Assembly (NCBI RefSeq): GCF_000150275.1 | Contig: NW_002060943.1 | Coordinates: forward strand, 2,076,987-2,140,986 | From: Trichoplax adhaerens | Taxonomy: Eukaryota > Animalia > Placozoa | Reading direction: 5' to 3' | Length of the DNA stretch: 64,000 bases | Part shown: piece after piece, positions 52,401 to 64,000 of the stretch | How positions within the stretch are numbered: the first letter of the stretch is position 1 | How the letters are laid out: every line of letters starts with the position of its first letter | Translations under genes and position numbers: made by a program | Notes under the pieces: generated by a model | Database searches by the model: none | What the model was told of the DNA's origin: nothing | What the model saw: only the letters and a program-made list of their open reading frames with translations

Positions 52401-55400
52401 TACCGCTATCATAACAGGCACACCGAGAATACCCAAATTAAAGAGTCAGTATTAAAAAATGTTTTACGGAAAGCTGTTAAAAAAATCATAACTATTTACT
52501 TTATATTATCTATATAGCTGGCAAATCACCAAATCCAGCCAAAAGACGTAATTCTTCATCTAGTCCTCGTAATTCTCGTAATGCCCGTATCGGAAGAACT
52601 GCAAGCCGAAAAGTAACACAAATTCAATCTCAAACAATCAAGTAATTATTTTCGAATCAGACAACATTACTCGTATATAACTATATTTAATTTGTATGTG
52701 ATTTGTATTTCTTTACAATAGAAGACTTACGACACCAAATTCGAGTCCGCATAGAGATCCTGTTAGTGAGAATAATGATGGATATTTAAACAATACAATG
52801 TATGCTGATAGTCTTATCGACAAACGTCTAGCCGGTAAAGATTGGGAGGCAGCACATTTATACGTTTTAGGTGATAAATCCGCAATAAAGGTAAATAGTT
52901 CAACTGTATTGAAATATTAAAAGGTATGTGTGAAATTTTAAATCATTAAGCTCAATTTATAATTTCTTTACTAACTAGCAAGTTAAAAACGAACAAAATA
53001 GCAAATGCGAATTTATCCCCGTTGAGGTACTGAGTAATCAAGACTTTGAGTTTTCAAGATATAACACAATATGCCGTATAATTATGTTTTGATGCAATCA
53101 GTCACGTTAGCGATACTTTAATATCATGAATCAATTTAACTCTTTTAGTATCCTGAATCTCGGTCAGTCAGAAGCAGCTTCAAAAAACTACTTCGTTGTT
53201 GCTGTCCTAGCAACGCTGAGAATGGACAATCATTCTATAAAGCTGTAGAAGAGTCGGAATGGTTAAATCAAGTAAATGATTCCAAATACTTTATATTCCA
53301 ACAATTATTGTAATCCTAACATCCCTTTATCTTTGTTAGGTGCAATGTTTAATGCAAGTATCAGGTGCAATAGTAGACCTGATAGATATCCAGGGATCAT
53401 CAGTATTACTTGCCCTTGAAGATGGTTGGGACGCCACCAGCCAGGTGCAATCATAGCATTATAGAGTAAATTGCTTTATATCACTGAGTAATTTTTATTC
53501 ATCGTTGAATTAGATAATATCGCTTAGCCAATTATGCATGGACCCCACGTATCGTACTTTGGACGGCTTTCGTACATTGATTGAAAAGGATTGGCTGGCA
53601 TTTGGCCATCAGTTCAGCACTCGTAATTGTATGCTTGGGAGTACGCAATCAACTAACTTCACTCCGGTTTTTTTACAGTTCCTGGATGCAGTTCATCAGG
53701 TACTGTTAGTAACTAATGGCTTTATAAGCCGTTTTAATTATAGAATTGTTACATTTAAAATTTTTTGGTCTTTCCTGTCTTAACAGATTATGCTGCAATA
53801 TCCACAATCATTTGAGTTTAACTTGTTCTTTCTGGAAACAATCGCTTACCATTGCTGTTCTTCACGTTTTGTGACGTTCATGTTCGACTGCGAAAGAGAC
53901 AGACACTACCTAGAAAAATCTGTACTTGCAAACGAAAGTGAATCATTCGAGAAATGTTTGTCTCCTCTAAAGAATACCATATGGAATTATATAGATGACG
54001 TTCATCGCAATTCAACCCAGTTTTATAATTTTAACTATAGTGTTCATAAAATGACGGTAATGTTATAAATGGAATATCGTACTTTGAGAAGATTCTTTAT
54101 TATTAAAATGTTCTTTGTATTGTAAATAGCAAATATTAAGGCCAGTCGCATCGCTAACAAATCTGAAGGTCTGGGATTACTACATTAAAAGAAATCTGTA
54201 CATAGGCTCTCCATACGATATTGAACTTTTAATAGTAGCAAAGCAACTAGAAGATGATCAGGTATGCCAATGTGTAGTGCTCGTGTATGCGACCTCATTC
54301 TCATAATAAAATTCAATTAAAGATTTCGGATCATTTTAATCCTTAGATCGCTTCTGAAAGAAGTAATTTAAGTAAAAGATCAGCTGATAGTTGTAGGGTA
54401 ATAAGTGGATGCTTTGGCAGTTTAACCCATCTTATGCGAAGCCGACGTGCGTTATTGTTCGATGATTATCTAAAATTACGTTCCGTAAGCAATACAAGTA
54501 TAGACCCTTGGGGAAAAGTTTGGACGACTATACTTCATAGTATACCCAAAGAATCCGAGGTTTGCGAATCTATAGAATAATTCTACCTAAACAAATATAG
54601 TTTTAAAATTTAAGCGCTTTACATTATTATTACTATACTGTACGCTATAACTACTGTAGCGAAATAGCAATAGACTTAACTAATCTCATCAATTAATAGT
54701 ATGTGAAGTACCGCGCAATTCAAGAAGCAAAAGCCTACTCATTTTTGTTGCATAAAAGAACATCCGGAGAAATTATTTTAAAGGTAACAGTTGCATTCGT
54801 ATAGTATTCGCTTATCAGGACTGGGAGTTAAAAAAATTGCAATAATTTAGGGTAAAATGATTGGTTCAGCAGCAACTTCCTTTACACATCCACACAACTT
54901 TGAAGTACATAATTTTCTAGCTCCATTATACTGCGATTATTGTATGCAGATTCTTTGGGGTTTAGTTAAGCAAGGTACAGTATATGCCTTAAAATTTGTT
55001 TTCAATTTCTGTATTACTGATAAGCAGTTAACGATTTAAGCAAAATAATAACAATGCAAACATGATTAACTATTGGTGAATTATTTTAATGCAGCATTTT
55101 TAGATTATAATATTTATAATAAATCTCATAGGTATGAAATGTTCCGACTGTGGCTATAATTGCCATGAGAAATGTGCACCTTTGGTGCCTTGGCAGTGCA
55201 GTAAAATCAAGGGATTGAAGCTAGAAGGTCCATCTCCAATGGATAATACAATAGCTGATTCAAAAACAGATGGCAAATGGCTGGAAAATACGTTACATAA
55301 GAGAGGAACTGGTAACTTATTTAAAGNNNNNNNNNNNNNNNNNNNNNNNNNNNNNNNNNNNNNNNNNNNNNNNNNNNNNNNNNNNNNNNNNNNNNNNNNN

Positions 55401-55966
55401 NNNNNNNNNNNNNNNNNNNNNNNNNNNNNNNNNNNNNNNNNNNNNNNNNNNNNNNNNNNNNNNNNNNNNNNNNNNNNNNNNNNNNNNNNNNNNNNNNNNN
55501 NNNNGAAATCTAATAATATGCAAGGTATAAATATGTTATTAAGTATTAATGTTGCACCTATCAAAATGCTACCCAGTTTTTATGTAATAACACCGTACAA
55601 TAAACATTATGGTAGATTTTGTGGTTTCGTATTACGTATTACACTTTACTGTCATTGTATTGTAAAAATTTCAATTTTGCGATACTATATTAGTCTATAC
55701 AATAATACCTATATTTTTTAATCACATTTTAGGTGCCCCTAAAAAGCAAGATGAAGATTGCTTCTTTGAGGTGATATATACTAAATACAATCCAAATCTC
55801 GATTTTTTGAACCTGTCTTCTGTCTAACTTCTTGCTTACAGATTATATTGTATGATCTCTAATGTAGATAATCACTGAGAGAAGAGTCTTTCATTTGATG
55901 GCTGATGATCGAGAAATTGCAAAGAAATGGCTAGATGGTATACAAGAATGCATCGATAATCAGTAA
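43430..55966 (+). CDS. SBF2: SET-binding factor / myotubularin-related pseudophosphatase (MTMR5/MTMR13): DENN-GRAM-MTM-C1-PH, more than 30 exons
   Basis: [12 protein letters not shown] and [21 protein letters not shown]|FCLPTGW (uDENN), [19 protein letters not shown] (GRAM), [42 protein letters not shown] and [12 protein letters not shown] (myotubularin), a C1 domain, and a PH end [24 protein letters not shown]. Likely co-orthologue of SBF1 and SBF2. Confidence 0.93.
55327..55504. other. Assembly gap (N run) within the SBF PH-domain region
   Basis: Run of n characters. Confidence 0.99.
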
Positions 55967-56497
55967 TTTAAAAATATATATAGCACGTTTTAATTCCATG
56001 TCTATACTGTACGTGAACTGATATTGTTCACCTTTTTGTTACAATTTTGTCACAATAAACTCTAATTGGTTTGTTTTTATCTGTCGAAGTTCGACCTCAT
56101 TAAACGCAGTCGATATAAATGCACTATTATAAAGTTTAATGTTTACGCAAGGCGTGATATAAATTGAATGGTGTGGAATAATTATATACCATGGTCATTA
56201 ATCAATTTTTATACTGTATATTGAAAGAGTACGCTGTATTCACGTATCAGTTATAAATCGGTTTTATTTGTGATGTTATATTTTTATGATCGAAAGTTAT
56301 CTTCCGAATTACATTAATACAGTCTCTAATGAACATTTCCATCTAAATTTGATAAAAAGTTCTTGTGTTATTTTCTGTCATATCTTGGCAAGACTAAGGA
56401 ATCCCTTAGTCATAATTGTATCAATATAAACATTTGCTCTATATTATGATATGCATTATCAGTAATATTGCTGTATTACCGATGTACGTATGATGGA

Positions 56498-56670
56498 GTT
56501 ATTATTAATGATATCATTACTACTAATATTATTGTTATTATTATTAATATTATTATTATCACTATTAATATTATCATTATTACTAATATTAATTAATATT
56601 ATTGTTATTATTGTTGTTACTATCAATATTATTATTAATAATAATGTTATTATCCTTACTAATATTGTAT
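56498..56670. repeat. Degenerate (ATT)n / AT-rich microsatellite
   Basis: ttattattaat...attattatcactattaatattatcattattact runs. Confidence 0.8.
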
Positions 56671-57105
56671 GCAGGGATTTCTCAACATGGCATAGTACTG
56701 ATAAGAATCTTATAGTAATCGGTGCTGTAGCTCTTTGTACTATAAAAATAATTTAATTATTGCCGTATTATTGCTTGCTTCGCTTTAGTACTTTACATGG
56801 TAACACGTTAATATTCATGGTAATTAATCATTTTTCAAGGTAAAAAAAGTAACTGCTTCGCAACATATCATTCCGTATTTTATTGATTGCTCATGAAAGA
56901 CTGAACATTGCTACATCAAATCATTACATAATAATATATCTTTGAATTTACTAAATAGAGCTATCCTTTAAATACAGCAAATTTAAAATGGAGATATTGG
57001 TTAATAAAAATCCAATTACAATTCATGGAGAGTAATATCTAGCTGGTTTTAATTGCAAGTTTTTGATAATTTTAAAATAAGCGTTCATACAGTTTCTAAA
57101 GCTTG

Positions 57106-58140
57106 TTAGATCAAAGTATGATTATCATCAGAAGGTAAATTGATGACTGTACTAAATGAAGTCTGCTTATTCAATTCTTCTGCTGGATCGTTCTCGCTAC
57201 AGGACGTGTGATCTTGCATACGCGTACACACTGTAATGCAGGCTTTCAGAACCTTGTCGTATAAATGAATCGCAAGCAAATATTTAGCCTCAAGAAAATT
57301 AACAGTTTCCTGATCCTGTACAAAACCACCTTAAATGATTAATATCTAAATAAATGCATTATGAATAATTAGCAATAGCATTACTGAACAGAAATCCTGA
57401 AATCTTCTCTAAAAACTGAAACTATCTAATCAAAGCTAAGATTTAAAAAATTTAATTATACAGCCACATTTTTTCGAGTTTGTAATTTTTTGAATTTTCT
57501 ACATAATAGAATCTAGAGCAGGAAATACACCAATGATTGACCTACTTTTATAATTCTAGTAGTTGCACAAGCTACTCATATAATAATTTATATTCAGTGG
57601 AAAATCGTTTTAAGTAGCAGATTAGCCACATTAATAAGCTTTTTATACTCTGATATTAGGTGAAAAAGAAATGAAAAAGTTTAAAATTTTGATCAAGACT
57701 CAAATAACCTGTTTTGTATTGGATTTATGTATAAAATGGATAATAAGAGATTAAGAAGTCCTATTAAAGTTTTTAATCTCTTAGAATAATAAGGTCTATT
57801 TCTAATATCTATAATAAGTAATAATAAATAAATAAAATAGCTCTCGTGTGTATAATCGCGGCAGACACCGCACACATATTCGAGTCGGAAAATAATAACT
57901 TTGCCGCTAAAAAGAGCAAAATAATCGAATCATACGAGTATACCATTATATAACTCCACAAACAGATACTCTCGCTTATGTTTTCATTTTTAATAAGGGG
58001 TAACCAAATAAACATAACATTGATTTAACTTATAAATGATGCTACATAATCTGTGCATGAAATCGTGCAACGATTTTTGAAAATTAACAATGCTAATAAA
58101 AAAATTTCTCCTATAAATGATGCCAAGAAAGGAGCTATGA
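57106..58140 (-). pseudogene. Possible decayed or multi-exon 7TM (adhesion/secretin-like GPCR) remnant
   Basis: Hydrophobic segments IAPFLASFIGEIFLLALLIFK, IILLFLAAKLLFS and MCAVSAAIIH (resembles family-2 TM3 C..VAALLH) are interrupted by stops. A clean 70-codon terminal exon lies at 57106-57315 after a ttttgtacag acceptor. Confidence 0.3.
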
Positions 58141-58263
58141 TATTCAAGGCAAGTAAATTAATCAATTCCAATGTATTTATAGAACATAAAAGTCATAAAC
58201 TCTAACTATATAGATCTTCTATGATTTTGTTTTACTTGTATATTTCGAATTTAAAAACAGTAG

Positions 58264-61200
58264 TTACAGATTATAATCATTCCTATCCCAATATATTGGA
58301 TCTTTTTTTGTAGTAGTTATATCTAGTAATAATAATAAAGACAGAATAGTCCATGATTAAACATACAGTATGTCTAACGTTAAAAATTAACAGAAATTTT
58401 AAAGAAACAATTGAATGCTATATTCACCATTGACAATATCATAGAGTTTTAGTTGAACGTATGTTAGTTGGGCACTTAGCATTGGCTCTTCATCTGTGTC
58501 AAGTCTATTTAGTTAATTAATTATTAGACGAATAAAATATCTCCTACATTAATAAACCTAATTATTTAATTAGTACTACTATAAATAACCAGAAGACCTT
58601 ATATTCCGAAGCAAATTTTGAGCTAAAAAGAGAAGCATGGTCCGTGAGTTGGTCATGATTTTAATTTTACTATTGCTATCTTAAATTGCTTTAACCTATC
58701 TCCAATAAATATTCATTACCTTTCATTTTAAGTTTTTGAATTTCTTTGGATGGAGAAATACGTTTCCAATTTATAGCAGTATTATGGCTATAGCGGTTGA
58801 AAATAATTTAAATAGTACATTATTCTCATTTCTTTACAGCATTTAATAAAGACGATTATGAGATTTGATATAAGATACAAGTGCTAAAGCTATTTTAATT
58901 AATTAATTGCTTTAGAATCCATAACTATAATTAGCTTTAATATTAACGTCTTACTCCGTATTTTGATTCGGTGAATGACCTACTGGATCAATGTCAGCTT
59001 TTGCTACTAAAAAGATATAGAAATAGTTGATTCAGAGTAGCAGCATAAATATCCTTTTATGATAATATCCAAGAGTACACGAAGTATAGCTCAAAACATA
59101 GTTACAGTGTCTATGTGTAAGAATTTTGAAAAATTCTCTCAGGTACTAAGTTTTATTAATGTACTAGAAAAGATATTGAGCTTAATTCATTTCCGTTTGA
59201 TTATAATTAGTTCTAGGTTGTAAGGAGAAATCTTAAAACTGGACAACTAATTAGATAGTATCGTTAGAATATTTTTATTCCAAAATACCTTCTGTGTTGC
59301 CGTCTTCGTATGCTCGACGTAGAGCAACTTCTCCACGTCCTCGTCCATCAGGTCCATTTAAGCCAGCAAATCGTACAAAACTGTCTCTTCCATCATACCT
59401 TACCCGTTCCAGCATACGATACAGCATGCCAGTACCACCAGTCTCAGATTGCTAGTAAGCCAATCATGATTGGATTACCGTAAATTATGCTGACATTTAA
59501 CAATTTTACTATATTCAAAGTATATAGGTTTACTTTTTTAACGAAATGTTCCCATGCAACTTGAAACCGAACTGATCCCTGAAAAATTACACGACATTCT
59601 GCTGGCTCCGCCTAATGAGTGAATAAACGGACCTGTAAAGTATTGTAAAGGCGTTGAATACTGTATGGAGTGTAATAACATTTAGTACCTTACTGACGGC
59701 TACAAGTTCGATAGCTAAGTGTTGATTATGACCAAAAGTAAAGTCTTTAAAGACCTTTTAATATCGGATATGATGAATTAGGACAAATTTTGGAGGGTTA
59801 AATATTACGATACTTTAGATAATTTACTTTGAGAGCAAATTTTTAGTACTGCTATTTCGTCGCATCATAAACGTAATTGTACCTCTTCAAATTCATCGAT
59901 ATAAAAGTATATATTAGGATAGTCAATATTTTCGCTAGTATCACCTTTTGAATCCATTCTATGCAAGAAAAAGTATAAATATAGCGTTTCACTACTTGCC
60001 CATTATTAGCAACAAATAATTGTTTTGTTTATTTTATGACGAGAATTTAATCTACTATTTTGCTTCTGATATTATTTGACTACTCTTTTCGTTCATCTTG
60101 TCGCTGCAGTAGACTGTGTTTGTAACAAACATTAATTTAATTTTATCACAGTCTAAAAGTGCAAATATCGTCTATAGCCAACCGATATTACCTGCGCTTG
60201 TTTGGAGATGCAAATACTGTCTGAAATACAAAAATTCCAGTATATTTAAATAGTTATGGTCTAAAATATGTCTTAAGAAGTTAGACGTATATTCTATGAT
60301 ACCAAGTTAATCATAATTAGCTACCATAGTTTAAAATTAATACTTTTCGCTAATTATTTTTATACGAATATCATTAATTAGCAACTTACATGGCTCCAAC
60401 GTTTGATAATATCCGTAGCATTATCGTTATTAGATGCAGCCATTGTAATGATGTAATTAAACTAGTCGATTAGGTTATAGGAAAATTAAAAGTGAGATTT
60501 TAATTGGATCTGCTGAAATATTTTAATAATTACTAAAACAACCATTTACTCTATCATATAATCGTAATTGAGTAGAGTATATAATATATATAAATTATAA
60601 ACTTTTAATACTGTACTAACATTTTGCAAGATCATATTTAAACAAACGGTTTCATCCCACAGCACCATTTCATCTGCAGCACTATACATATCGTCAATAA
60701 CAGTAGCCAAAGCAAAAATTAATGAATCAGAACTTATACATAAAGCAATAAAACAGAATCAAAGGTGATATTATCTACTATAGCGTATATCGCTTAGTAC
60801 CACGTAGAAAGCGCATATACGAATCTTATGGTAGTCGCTAAATAAAGTGTATTACAGTATGTACTTAAGCAGAACCAATTCTGTCTGATATCTCAGTAAA
60901 GCACTGTAGAGCTTAAATACTAATCATGATTATGTATGCACTCTGTTCTGCTTTATAGTTATCAAATAGTATTTTAAAAATGAGCAAGCTGAACCTAATT
61001 TTATCATGGGAGACTATATAGCATAACTTTTACGTATGTGCAGGATCGTATCGATCTCATCAAGCAGGAAATATCATAATAATATATTGCAAATTGATAA
61101 TTATACTTATCCATTGAATCCATACTTTACCAATTGGTCAATGAAGTATTGTACCTGGGTAAATTTTTGGTCGTTCTCCGATAAACTTGAACTTTGCGAG

Positions 61201-63040
61201 ACTATTTATGAATCGATTTTTAAATGAGGTAAATGAGTTATTTATTTTTATGCCACGATTGAATTGATTTCAAATTGCTGTACACTGCATAGGTACAAGT
61301 ATAAGATATTTCTACGGACACGAGCAAAAGATCAATAGTTACTGTTAATGATGAATCGATTCATTTTCCAGCTAGCGTGTGTCCATGAATGTTATATGAG
61401 ACTGATATTGAAGTAGATAGATTAACTATGATGTTCACTAAGCTGGAAAGTGCACGTTCGATATTAGCGAAGATATTTATGTGCTACTGATTGGGATTTA
61501 CTTACCTCAGTTACAATCACCTCTTCATCGACCATGCAACGTTTAACGAAAAATAGTAAATCGTCTTGATCACCAGTTGGACTTTTGACATCTAGAACAT
61601 TATCCTTAAAATGTTGATGATATTGACGATCGTCTGTAGGTATAATAATACGAATAATTATAATCTGTGAGTAAGAGGAGTATCATCATTTTCCTAGGGA
61701 TAAAATACTTTACGACTCAAGCCTGTTTGACTACGATTATGGCTTACATTGACTTATACCAAAGATCTATCTATATGTCTCAATTTACGAGTATTGATCA
61801 AGATGAAAAAAATTAATAGGGAGAAATTTCTACTCGAGAAATAGTATCGTAATTATGTATAATTTATTTTAGCGATCACTCGACGCCTGAAGCCTGTTTG
61901 GCTACGACTATGGCCAACATTGGCTTATATTGAAGACCTATTTACGCGTCTAAACTGACAAGTATTGATCAAGATGAAAAATTAATAATAAGAAAATTTC
62001 TATTTCTACTCGAAAAATGATTGGCATCAATATATACAGTATATCTATTTTAGTTATCACGTCCAATGCCATTGTTGTGTATTTATCTAAACCGTACTCG
62101 TGTAAGCATTCACAGATAACCCTACTTTATTAACTGATATCAAGATGTCAGATCGATCGGAAGGTTCTCTACTAAAGATACGGGCATCATTTTTAGTGCC
62201 ACATTATTTAGTTACATTATGAATTGCACTTGAAATCGAATATTACTGTACTATTCTACATTGATTCAATTATTTTAAAATTGTAAGAGGATAGGATTTG
62301 ATCTTCTCTTATTTTCTTAACATTATTACTCTTGTCCGTCAATTTGGAAGTCACCCCTTCTTCTCGATACTGTACTATAACATTATACCAGATGATCGCA
62401 CCTGATGTATCGATAAGATGTGAACAGCTTACAATTATCTCCTATGATGGATGAAAGTATCGCTCATTCTACTACAATTCTCATGTCACTAGGATGCATT
62501 GGTTGATTGTACAATGATTTTAACAACTGCTATGGAAGCTGATCAGATATTGCTTCTCCATTTTCTTCCTCTTCATACATGTTCTTACTTATGTCCATGG
62601 ATTTACAAGTCAATTCTTTCTCTTTGATACCGTTATTAAGTCATTACTGTATAAGATAATTGTACGCGATTGCTACATAAGATGGTGATTATCGCCTGTC
62701 ATCGCAGAATACTAATATAGCTATTGATCTCAATGAGTACAAGAGTGCATGATGGTACCAACGGTATTCAGATAGAGTAACTTTGACGAATGATGGATCA
62801 AGATAGAAATAAACAAAAGACAAAATCGGATAAATGTACAGTATTTCATTCCCTTCAATTCTCTACATGTTAAGAATTCATACTGGCAAACGATGACGAT
62901 ATCCAATAATATCATTCAAGTAGTAAAGTAGCTAACTAGTTACCGTCGACTTGTCGACCTTTCTTATATTTATCTTGATGGCGTTGATTTAATAATTGTA
63001 GTAAAGAAAAACTTTCATCTCTCGCTTGATCACCAGCCAT
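58264..63040 (-). CDS. KIAA0930: KIAA0930-like / DUF2045 protein, multi-exon
   Basis: Manually spliced: QDDLLFFVKR, VQVYRRTTKNLP, WDETVCLNMILQ, VFASPNKRRMDSKG...YPNIYFYIDEFEEVFKD, VIFQGSVRF, GPDGRGRGEVAL and LSAQLTYVQL, all matching the KIAA0930 family as I recall it. First exon 62944-63040; stop at 58264-58266. The ORF track misses the gene because its exons are short. Confidence 0.85.
61715..62060. repeat. Diverged ~171-bp tandem duplication in KIAA0930 intron 1
   Basis: aagcctgtttg(a/g)ctacga(t/c)tatggc...agtattgatcaagatgaaaaa...tttctactcga at 61719 and 61890. Confidence 0.8.
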
Positions 63041-63387
63041 TAATCCATGCAAATTGCGCTCTAGAACAGCTGCAACTTTCAAAAATAGAAAGAAATCTTA
63101 ATGGATAGTATCACTAGATGGCATTTCACTTAGATGGAAGCCTAGGCGCTTGCAAATTCGGAGCTCTGATTTTGTTTATATTGACGATGAGTAATGAATC
63201 CATGGGCTAACTGTACGTGTACTACTGTATCATACAGTAGTAAGTAAATACAGTCTTATTATACAGAGTCGACTGAGGTTTTTAGGACTAATGAAAATAT
63301 TTTGGGGGATTTTATTGCCCGATCAAAAATAATGTCACCTGTAACGATGGCTTCGCCATACAGACAGTTTTATAAAGCGATCCTTAC

Positions 63388-63955
63388 CCTGACATACCTT
63401 TTGCCTTGTGTGAATAGTGTGCGATATCATGGCACTTAAAGTTCGGGTTTTGAGTATAATCTATATATTACAGTATAGTACTATCATCTGATATAGTGAC
63501 ATCATTTTTGCCTTACGCTTACACTGTGCGATACTATGACACTAATACGAGTGTGTACAATATAGTACTTGTATCACCTACAGTGACATTATTTCTGCCT
63601 TACGCGAATACTGTGCGATACTGTGACACTAACATGGGTGTATACAGTATGGCACTTTTATTCCCAATGATGACATCATTTTTGCAATGGGCCAATATTG
63701 TAGTCCTCATAGTGACATTATTTTTGCCTTACACGAATGCTGTGCGACACTGTGACACTGGTATGAGTTTGTATCGCATACCACTTTAATCACTACTAGT
63801 GACATTACTTTTGCCTTACACTAACCCTGTGCGATACTGTGACACTAGTATTAAGTACAAATACGTAAATTATGACACTTGAATTACTAGCCTGTATACT
63901 GTACTGTATAGGGACATCAGTCTTGCCTAGCGTTGATACTGAGTGATACTGTAAT
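63388..63955. repeat. 87-bp minisatellite (about 7 diverged units)
   Basis: Core agtgacat(t/c)atttttgccttac.cg.at.ctgtgcgatactgtgacact at about 63389, 63495, 63582, 63669 (42-bp short unit), 63711, 63798 and 63909. Confidence 0.85.
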
Positions 63956-64000
63956 ATAATACGACCAGTTAGAGTTATAGAGGTAAAAAAAACTGTGGTT

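Noticed and set aside
55134-55721. Long ORFs across the N run
   Set aside because: Artefacts of the assembly gap; only the SBF exon from about 55132 up to the gap is supported.
56490-56756. 88-aa Leu/Ile-rich ORF resembling a membrane protein
   Set aside because: Translation of an (ATT)n-like microsatellite.
63388-63955. CRISPR-like repeat/spacer appearance
   Set aside because: The repeats are degenerate, the 'spacers' are homologous to one another, there are no cas genes and the context is eukaryotic; it is a minisatellite.
1-64000. tRNA, rRNA and snRNA genes and prokaryotic-type systems
   Set aside because: None were recognisable by eye; a covariance-model scan (tRNAscan-SE or Infernal) would be needed to exclude small ncRNAs.

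Overview
AT-rich, intron-dense eukaryotic (animal) genomic DNA. The compact genes, short GT-AG introns and gene set suggest an early-branching metazoan such as a placozoan (Trichoplax-like); this is inference only. In order, the window holds: three single-exon GT31 beta-1,3-glycosyltransferase paralogues; an 8-exon gene, assembled by hand, encoding a 438-aa protein with a basic-region-less HLH plus an HMG box (MEIOSIN/STRA8-like architecture, the top finding); GCC1; an orphan 250-aa ORF; FKBP4/5 with a perfect heat-shock element; an ELOVL elongase with a 9-nt microexon; a tail-anchored ankyrin protein; an SBF/MTMR5/13 pseudophosphatase with a C1 domain, spanning an assembly gap; a possible 7TM remnant; and a KIAA0930/DUF2045 gene. 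Non-coding features include ACAGT/ACTGT pentamer clouds concentrated near gene 5' ends, a recurrent CATGGACTAC palindromic motif, a small MITE-like element and several tandem repeats. All exon models were derived manually and no database searches were run.
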